Below, one piece after another: positions 54,001 to 64,000 of a stretch of 64,000 bases of DNA. Numbering within the stretch: position 1 is the first letter of the stretch; every line of letters begins with the position of its first letter. A program made the position numbers and the translations under genes. Source of the DNA: Auanema rhodensis (taxonomy: Eukaryota; Animalia; Nematoda); NCBI GenBank assembly GCA_964057225.1, contig OZ059896.1, positions 23,188,001-23,252,000 on the forward strand, in the 5' to 3' direction. Under the pieces are notes generated by a model. It made no database searches, had not been told where the DNA came from, and worked only from the letters and a program-made list of their open reading frames with translations.

Positions 54001-57000
54001 GATATTGCTTCATGGTAACCATGACTTTGAAATTTACGTGAACTTTAATTTATGCTGATTAAATGTACACGTGATGTGCACTTGGTATGTAACTCGCTTC
54101 ACGTGAAAGATAAAGAGATGCGGTTTGCAAAATTAGATTCCCCATGTCCATATTAGTCTAAAAACAAATTTTTATTGATATTGGTTCATGGTAACCATGA
54201 CTTTGAAATTTACGTGAACTTTAATTTATGCTAATTAAATGTACACGTGATGTGCACTTGGTATGTAACTCGCTTCACGTGAAAGATAAAGAGATGCGGT
54301 TTTCAAAATTAGATTCCCCATGTCCATATTAGTCTAAAAACAAATTTTTATTGATATTGGTGCATGGTAACCATGACTTTGAAATTTACGTGAACTTTAA
54401 TTTATGCTAATTAAATGTACACGTGATGTGCACTTGGTATGTAACTCGCTTCACGTGAAAGATAAAGAGATGCGGTTTTCAAAATTAGATTCCCCATGTC
54501 CATATTAGTCTAAAAACAAATTTTTATTGATATTGGTTCATGGTAACCATGACTTTGAAATTTACGTGAACTTTAATTTATGCTAATTAAATGTACACGT
54601 GATGTGCACTTGGTATGTAACTCGCTTCACGTGAAAGATAAAGAGATGCGGTTTTCAAAATTAGATTCCCCATGTCCATATTAGTCTAAAAACAAATTTT
54701 TATTGATATTGCTTCATGGTAACCATGACTTTGAAATTTACGTGAACTTTAATTTATGCTAATTAAATGTACACGTGATGTGCACTTGGTATGTAACTCG
54801 CTTCACGTGAAAGATAAAGAGATGCGGTTTTCAAAATTAGATTCCCCATGTCCATATTAGTCTAAAAACAAATTTTTATTGATATTGGTTCATGGTAACC
54901 ATGACTTTGAAATTTACGTGAACTTTAATTTATGCTAATTAAATGTACACGTGATGTGCACTTGGTATGTAACTCGCTTCACGTGAAAGATAAAGAGATG
55001 CGGTTTTCAAAATTAGATTCCCCATGTCCATATTAGTCTAAAAACAAATTTTTATTGATATTGCTTCATGGTAACCATGACTTTGAAATTTACGTGAACT
55101 TTAATTTATGCTAATTAAATGTACACGTGATGTGCACTTGGTATGTAACTCGCTTCACGTGAAAGATAAAGAGATGCGGTTTTCAAAATTAGATTCCCCA
55201 TGTCCATATTAGTCTAAAAACAAATTTTTATTGATATTGGTTCATGGTAACCATGACTTTGAAATTTACGTGAACTTTAATTTATGCTAATTAAATGTAC
55301 ACGTGATGTGCACTTGGTATGTAACTCGCTTCACGTGAAAGATAAAGAGATGCGGTTTTCAAAATTAGATTCCCCATGTCCATATTAGTCTAAAAACAAA
55401 TTTTTATTGATATTGCTTCATGGTAACCATGACTTTGAAATTTACGTGAACTTTAATTTATGCTAATTAAATGTACACGTGATGTGCACTTGGTATGTAA
55501 CTCGCTTCACGTGAAAGATAAAGAGATGCGGTTTTCAAAATTAGATTCCCCATGTCCATATTAGTCTAAAAACAAATTTTTATTGATATTGGTGCATGGT
55601 AACCATGACTTTGAAATTTACGTGAACTTTAATTTATGCTAATTAAATGTACACGTGATGTGCACTTGGTATGGAACTCGCTTCACGTGAAAGATAAAGA
55701 GATGCGGTTTTCAAAATTAGATTCCCCATGTCCATATTAGTCTAAAAACAAATTTTTATTGATATTGGTTCATGGTAACCATGACTTTGAAATTTACGTG
55801 AACTTTAATTTATGCTAATTAAATGTACACGTGATGTGCACTTGGTATGTAACTCGCTTCACGTGAAAGATAAAGAGATGCGGTTTTCAAAATTAGATTC
55901 CCCATGTCCATATTAGTCTAAAAACAAATTTTTATTGATATTGGTGCATGGTAACCATGACTTTGAAATTTACGTGAACTTTAATTTATGCTAATTAAAT
56001 GTACACTTGATGTACACTTGGTATGTAACTCGCTTCACGTGAAAGATAAAGAGATGCGGTTTTCAAAATTAGATTCCCCATGTTCATATTAGTCTAAAAA
56101 CAAATTTTTATTGATATTGGTGCATGGTAACCTTGACTTTGAAATTTACGTGAACTTTAATTTATGCTAATTAAATGTACACGTGATGTGCACTTGGTAT
56201 GTAACTCGCTTCACGTGAAAGATAAAGAGATGCGGCTTTCAAAATTAGATTCCCCATGTCCATATTAGTCTAAAAACAAATTTTTATTGATATTGGTGCA
56301 TGGTAACCATGACTTTGAATTTTACGTGAACTTTAATTTATGCTAATTAAATGTACACGTGATGTGCACTTGGTATGGAACTCGCTTCACGTGAAAGATA
56401 AAGAGATGCGGTTTTCAAAATTAGATTCCCCATGTCCATATTAGTCTAAAAACAAATTTTTATTGATATTGGTTCATGGTAACCATGACTTTGAAATTTA
56501 CGTGAACTTTAATTTATGCTAATTAAATGTACACGTGATGTGCACTTGGTATGTAACTCGCTTCACGTGAAAGATAAAGAGATGCGGTTTTCAAAATTAG
56601 ATTCCCCATGTCCATATTAGTCTAAAAACAAATTTTTATTGATATTGGTTCATGGTAACCATGACTTTGAAATTTACGTGAACTTTAATTTATGCTAATT
56701 AAATGTACACGTGATGTGCACTTGGTATGTAACTCGCTTCACGTGAAAGATAAAGAGATGCGGTTTTCAAAATTAGATTCCCCATGTCCATATTAGTCTA
56801 AAAACAAATTTTTATTGATATTGGTGCATGGTAACCATGACTTTGAAATTTACGTGAACTTTAATTTATGCTAATTAAATGTACACGTGATGTGCACTTG
56901 GTATGGAACTCGCTTCACGTGAAAGATAAAGAGATGCGGTTTTCAAAATTAGATTCCCCATGTCCATATTAGTCTAAAAACAAATTTTTATTGATATTGG

Positions 57001-60000
57001 TTCATGGTAACCATGACTTTGAAATTTACGTGAACTTTAATTTATGCTAATTAAATGTACACGTGATGTGCACTTGGTATGTAACTCGCTTCACGTGAAA
57101 GATAAAGAGATGCGGTTTTCAAAATTAGATTCCCCATGTCCATATTAGTCTAAAAACAAATTTTTATTGATATTGGTGCATGGTAACCATGACTTTGAAA
57201 TTTACGTGAACTTTAATTTATGCTAATTAAATGTACACTTGATGTACACTTGGTATGTAACTCGCTTCACGTGAAAGATAAAGAGATGCGGTTTTCAAAA
57301 TTAGATTCCCCATGTTCATATTAGTCTAAAAACAAATTTTTATTGATATTGGTGCATGGTAACCTTGACTTTGAAATTTACGTGAACTTTAATTTATGCT
57401 AATTAAATGTACACGTGATGTGCACTTGGTATGTAACTCGCTTCACGTGAAAGATAAAGAGATGCGGTTTTCAAAATTAGATTCCCCATGTCCATATTAG
57501 TCTAAAAACAAATTTTTATTGATATTGGTGCATGGTAACCATGACTTTGAATTTTACGTGAACTTTAATTTATGCTAATTAAATGTACACGTGATGTGCA
57601 CTTGGTATGGAACTCGCTTCACGTGAAAGATAAAGAGATGCGGTTTTCAAAATTAGATTCCCCATGTCCATATTAGTCTAAAAACAAATTTTTATTGATA
57701 TTGGTTCATGGTAACCATGACTTTGAAATTTACGTGAACTTTAATTTATGCTAATTAAATGTACACGTGATGTGCACTTGGTATGTAACTCGCTTCACGT
57801 GAAAGATAAAGAGATGCGGTTTTCAAAATTAGATTCCCCATGTCCATATTAGTCTAAAAACAAATTTTTATTGATATTGCTTCATGGTAACCATGACTTT
57901 GAAATTTACGTGAACTTTAATTTATGCTAATTAAATGTACACGTGATGTGCACTTGGTATGTAACTCGCTTCACGTGAAAGATAAAGAGATGCGGTTTTC
58001 AAAATTAGATTCCCCATGTCCATATTAGTCTAAAAACAAATTTTTATTGATATTGGTTCATGGTAACCATGACTTTGAAATTTACGTGAACTTTAATTTA
58101 TGCTAATTAAATGTACACGTGATGTGCACTTGGTATGTAACTCGCTTCACGTGAAAGATAAAGAGATGCGGTTTTCAAAATTAGATTCCCCATGTCCATA
58201 TTAGTCTAAAAACAAATTTTTATTGATATTGCTTCATGGTAACCATGACTTTGAAATTTACGTGAACTTTAATTTATGCTAATTAAATGTACACGTGATG
58301 TGCACTTGGTATGTAACTCGCTTCACGTGAAAGATAAAGAGATGCGGTTTTCAAAATTAGATTCCCCATGTCCATATTAGTCTAAAAACAAATTTTTATT
58401 GATATTGGTTCATGGTAACCATGACTTTGAAATTTACGTGAACTTTAATTTATGCTAATTAAATGTACACGTGATGTGCACTTGGTATGTAACTCGCTTC
58501 ACGTGAAAGATAAAGAGATGCGGTTTTCAAAATTAGATTCCCCATGTCCATATTAGTCTAAAAACAAATTTTTATTGATATTGCTTCATGGTAACCATGA
58601 CTTTGAAATTTACGTGAACTTTAATTTATGCTAATTAAATGTACACGTGATGTGCACTTGGTATGTAACTCGCTTCACGTGAAAGATAAAGAGATGCGGT
58701 TTTCAAAATTAGATTCCCCATGTCCATATTAGTCTAAAAACAAATTTTTATTGATATTGGTTCATGGTAACCATGACTTTGAAATTTACGTGAACTTTAA
58801 TTTATGCTAATTAAATGTACACGTGATGTGCACTTGGTATGTAACTCGCTTCACGTGAAAGATAAAGAGATGCGGTTTTCAAAATTAGATTCCCCATGTC
58901 CATATTAGTCTAAAAACAAATTTTTATTGATATTGGTGCATGGTAACCATGACTTTGAAATTTACGTGAACTTTAATTTATGCTAATTAAATGTACACTT
59001 GATGTACACTTGGTATGTAACTCGGTTCACGTGAAAGATAAAGAGATGCGGTTTTCAAAATTAGATTCCCCATGTCCATATTAGTCTAAAAACAAATTTT
59101 TATTGATATTGCTTCATGGTAACCATGACTTTGAAATTTACGTGAACTTTAATTTATGCTAATTAAATGTACACGTGATGTGCACTTGGTATGTAACTCG
59201 CTTCACGTGAAAGATAAAGAGATGCGGTTTTCAAAATTAGATTCCCCATGTCCATATTAGTCTAAAAACAAATTTTTATTGATATTGGTTCATGGTAACC
59301 ATGACTTTGAAATTTACGTGAACTTTAATTTATGCTAATTAAATGTACACGTGATGTGCACTTGGTATGTAACTCGCTTCACGTGAAAGATAAAGAGATG
59401 CGGTTTTCAAAATTAGATTCCCCATGTCCATATTAGTCTAAAAACAAATTTTTATTGATATTGGTGCATGGTAACCATGACTTTGAAATTTACGTGAACT
59501 TTAATTTATGCTAATTAAATGTACACGTGATGTGCACTTGGTATGTAACTCGCTTCACGTGAAAGATAAAGAGATGCGGTTTTCAAAATTAGATTCCCCA
59601 TGTCCATATTAGTCTAAAAACAAATTTTTATTGATATTGGTGCATGGTAACCATGACTTTGAAATTTACGTGAACTTTAATTTATGCTAATTAAATGTAC
59701 ACGTGATGTGCACTTGGTATGTAACTCGCTTCACGTGAAAGATAAAGAGATGCGGTTTTCAAAATTAGATTCCCCATGTCCATATTAGTCTAAAAACAAA
59801 TTTTTATTGATATTGGTGCATGGTAACCATGACTTTGAAATTTACGTGAACTTTAATTTATGCTAATTAAATGTACACTTGATGTACACTTGGTATGTAA
59901 CTCGCTTCACGTGAAAGATAAAGAGATGCGGTTTTCAAAATTAGATTCCCCATGTCCATATTAGTCTAAAAACAAATTTTTATTGATATTGGTGCATGGT

Positions 60001-61256
60001 AACCTTGACTTTGAAATTTACGTGAACTTTAATTTATGCTAATTAAATGTACACGTGATGTGCACTTGGTATGTAACTCGCTTCACGTGAAAGATAAAGA
60101 GATGCGGTTTTCAAAATTAGATTCCCCATGTCCATATTAGTCTAAAAACAAATTTTTATTGATATTGCTTCATGGTAACCATGACTTTGAAATTTACGTG
60201 AACTTTAATTTATGCTAATTAAATGTACACGTGATGTGCACTTGGTATGTAACTCGCTTCACGTGAAAGATAAAGAGATGCGGTTTTCAAAATTAGATTC
60301 CCCATGCCCATATTAGTCTAAAAACAAATTTTTATTGATATTGGTGCATGGTAACCATGACTTTGAAATTTACGTGAACTTTAATTTATGCTAATTAAAT
60401 GTACACTTGATGTACACTTGGTATGTAACTCGGTTCACGTGAAAGATAAAGAGATGCGGTTTTCAAAATTAGATTCCCCATGTCCATATTAGTCTAAAAA
60501 CAAATTTTTATTGATATTGCTTCATGGTAACCATGACTTTGAAATTTACGTGAACTTTAATTTATGCTAATTAAATGTACACGTGATGTGCACTTGGTAT
60601 GTAACTCGCTTCACGTGAAAGATAAAGAGATGCGGTTTTCAAAATTAGATTCCCCATGTCCATATTAGTCTAAAAACAAATTTTTATTGATATTGGTTCA
60701 TGGTAACCATGACTTTGAAATTTACGTGAACTTTAATTTATGCTAATTAAATGTACACGTGATGTGCACTTGGTATGTAACTCGCTTCACGTGAAAGATA
60801 AAGAGATGCGGTTTTCAAAATTAGATTCCCCATGTCCATATTAGTCTAAAAACAAATTTTTATTGATATTGGTGCATGGTAACCATGACTTTGAAATTTA
60901 CGTGAACTTTAATTTATGCTAATTAAATGTACACGTGATGTGCACTTGGTATGTAACTCGCTTCACGTGAAAGATAAAGAGATGCGGTTTTCAAAATTAG
61001 ATTCCCCATGTCCATATTAGTCTAAAAACAAATTTTTATTGATATTGGTGCATGGTAACCATGACTTTGAAATTTACGTGAACTTTAATTTATGCTAATT
61101 AAATGTACACGTGATGTGCACTTGGTATGTAACTCGCTTCACGTGAAAGATAAAGAGATGCGGTTTTCAAAATTAGATTCCCCATGTCCATATTAGTCTA
61201 AAAACAAATTTTTATTGATATTGGTGCATGGTAACCATGACTTTGAAATTTACGTG

Positions 61257-61336
61257 ACCGCATCTCTTTATCTTTCACGTGAAGCGAGTTACATACCAAG
61301 TGCACATCACGTGTACATTTAATTAGCATAAATTAA
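61257..61336 (-). repeat. 80-bp inverted copy of satellite monomer positions 6-85
   Basis: ACCGCATCTCTTTATCTTTCACGTGAAGCGAGTTACATACCAAGTGCACATCACGTGTACATTTAATTAGCATAAATTAA is the exact reverse complement of consensus positions 6-85. It replaces positions ~3-26 of the monomer starting at 61256, for a net +56 bp (next monomer starts at 61488). Confidence 0.97.
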
Positions 61337-64000
61337 TTACACTTGATGTACACTTGGTATGTAACTCGCTTCACGTGAAAGATAAAGAGATGCGGTTTTC
61401 AAAATTAGATTCCCCATGTCCATATTAGTCTAAAAACAAATTTTTATTGATATTGGTGCATGGTAACCTTGACTTTGAAATTTACGTGAACTTTAATTTA
61501 TGCTAATTAAATGTACACGTGATGTGCACTTGGTATGTAACTCGCTTCACGTGAAAGATAAAGAGATGCGGTTTTCAAAATTAGATTCCCCATGTCCATA
61601 TTAGTCTAAAAACAAATTTTTATTGATATTGCTTCATGGTAACCATGACTTTGAAATTTACGTGAACTTTAATTTATGCTAATTAAATGTACACGTGATG
61701 TGCACTTGGTATGTAACTCGCTTCACGTGAAAGATAAAGAGATGCGGTTTTCAAAATTAGATTCCCCATGTCCATATTAGTCTAAAAACAAATTTTTATT
61801 GATATTGCTTCATGGTAACCATGACTTTGAAATTTACGTGAACTTTAATTTATGCTAATTAAATGTACACGTGATGTGCACTTGGTATGTAACTCGCTTC
61901 ACGTGAAAGATAAAGAGATGCGGTTTTCAAAATTAGATTCCCCATGTCCATATTAGTCTAAAAACAAATTTTTATTGATATTGGTTCATGGTAACCATGA
62001 CTTTGAAATTTACGTGAACTTTAATTTATGCTAATTAAATGTACACGTGATGTGCACTTGGTATGTAACTCGCTTCACGTGAAAGATTAAGAGATGCGGT
62101 TTTCGAAATTAGATTCCCCATGTCCATATTAGTCTAAAAACAAATTTTTATTGATATTGGTGCATGGTAACCATGACTTTGAAATTTACGTGAACTTTAA
62201 TTTATGCTAATTAAATGTACACGTGATGTGCACTTGGTATGTAACTCGCTTCACGTGAAAGATAAAGAGATGCGGTTTTCAAAATTAGATTCCCCATGTC
62301 CATATTAGTCTAAAAACAAATTTTTATTGATATTGGTGCATGGTAACCATGACTTTGAAATTTACGTGAACTTTAATTTATGCTAATTAAATGTACACGT
62401 GATGTGCACTTGGTAAGTAACTCGCTTCACGTGAAAGATAAAGAGATGCGGTTTTCAAAATTAGATTCCCCATGTCCATATTAGTCTAAAAACAAATTTT
62501 TATTGATATTGCTTCATGGTAACCATGACTTTGAAATTTACGTGAACTTTAATTTATGCTAATTAAATGTACACGTGATGTGCACTTGGTATGTAACTCG
62601 CTTCACGTGAAAGATAAAGAGATGCGGTTTTAAAAATTAGATTCCCCATGTCCATATTAGTCTAAAAACAAATTGTTATTGATATTGGTGCATGGTAACC
62701 ATGACTTTGAAATTTACGTGAACTTTAATTTATGCTAATTAAATGTACACTTGATGTACACTTGGTATCTAACTCGCTTCACGTGAAAGATAAAGAGATG
62801 CGGTTTTCAAAATTAGATTCCCCATGTCCATATTAGTCTAAAAACAAATTTTTATTGATATTGGTGCATGGTAACCTTGACTTTGAAATTTACGTGAACT
62901 TTAATTTATGCTAATTAAATGTACACGTGATGTGCACTTGGTATGTAACTCGCTTCACGTGAAAGATAAAGAGATGCGGTTTTCAAAATTAGATTCCCCA
63001 TGTCCATATTAGTCTAAAAACAAATTTTTATTGATATTGGTGCATGGTAACCATGACTTTGAAATTAACGTGAACTTTAATTTATGCTAATTAAATGTAC
63101 ACGTGATGTACACTTGGTATGTAACTTGCTTCACGTGAAAGATAAAGAGATGCGGTTTTCAAAATTCGATTCCCCATGTCCATATTAGTCTAAAAACAAA
63201 TTTTTATTGATATTGGTTCATGGTAACCATGACTTTGAAATTTACGTGAACTTTAATTTATGCTAATTAAATGTACACGTGATGTGCACTTGGTATATAA
63301 CTCGCTTCACGTGAAAGATAAAGAGATGCGGTTTTCAAAATTAGATTCCCCATGTCCATATTAGTCTAAAAACAAATTTTTATTGATATTGCTTCATGGT
63401 AACCATGACTTTGAAATTTACGTGAACTTTAATTTATGCTGATTAAATGTACACGTGATGTGCACTTGGTATGTAACTCGCTTCACGTGAAAGATAAAGA
63501 GATGCGGCTTTCAAAATTAGATTCCCCATGTCCATATTAGTCTAAAAACAAATTTTTATTGATATTGGTTCATGGTAACCATGACTTTGAAATTTACGTG
63601 AACTTTAATTTATGCTAATTAAATGTACACGTGATGTGCACTTGGTATGTAACTCGCTTCACGTGAAAGATAAAGAGATGCGGTTTTCAAAATTAGATTC
63701 CCCATGTCCATATTAGTCTAAAAACAAATTTTTATTGATATTGGTGCATGGTAACCATGACTTTGAAATTTACGTGAACTTTAATTTATGCTAATTAAAT
63801 GTACACTTGATGTACACTTGGTATGTAACTCGCTTCACGTGAAAGATAAAGAGATGCGGTTTTCAAAATTAGATTCCCCATGTCCATATTAGTCTAAAAA
63901 CAAATTTTTATTGATATTGGTGCATGGTAACCTTGACTTTGAAATTTACGTGAACTTTAATTTATGCTAATTAAATGTACACGTGATGTGCACTTGGTAT

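Larger units (their letters stand above)
51077..64000 (+). repeat. 176-bp tandem satellite array, right arm (~73 monomers)
   Basis: Same monomer and orientation. It resumes at monomer position 30 (ACGT, 51077), the next monomer starts at 51224, there is a +56 bp shift at ~61.3 kb, and the array runs off the right edge. Confidence 0.99.

Noticed and set aside
1-64000. CRISPR array, or an RT-associated bacterial system (retron, DGR, group II intron)
   Set aside because: The repeats are contiguous 176-bp units with no unique spacers and no cas or accessory genes. The RT motifs and the TSD are those of a eukaryotic LINE.

Overview
About 97% of this window is one head-to-tail tandem array of a 176-bp, AT-rich (~32% GC) satellite monomer: roughly 354 copies, most within 0-3 substitutions of the consensus. 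The monomer is dense in short palindromes and dyads. A single 1,579-bp insertion (49498-51076, minus strand) interrupts the array. It is a 5'-truncated non-LTR retrotransposon whose reverse transcriptase looks CR1/L2-like, which points to an animal genome. It sits in a CACGTG palindrome of the monomer, is flanked by an ACGT duplication, has no poly(A) or microsatellite tail, and its remaining RT frame is uninterrupted. The truncation also fuses the RT in frame to an ATG-initiated micro-ORF on the satellite's minus strand. Diagnostic variants reveal nested higher-order duplications (offsets of 41/68, 14, 15, 16, 28, 11, 5-8 and 2 monomers). I found only two other phase shifts: an 8-bp micro-duplication at 23283-23298 and an 80-bp inverted templated insertion at 61257-61336. 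Two recurrent double substitutions perfect an internal palindrome or an internal direct repeat. I see no host genes, RNA genes or CRISPR array. A centromeric or heterochromatic role is plausible but cannot be shown from sequence alone.
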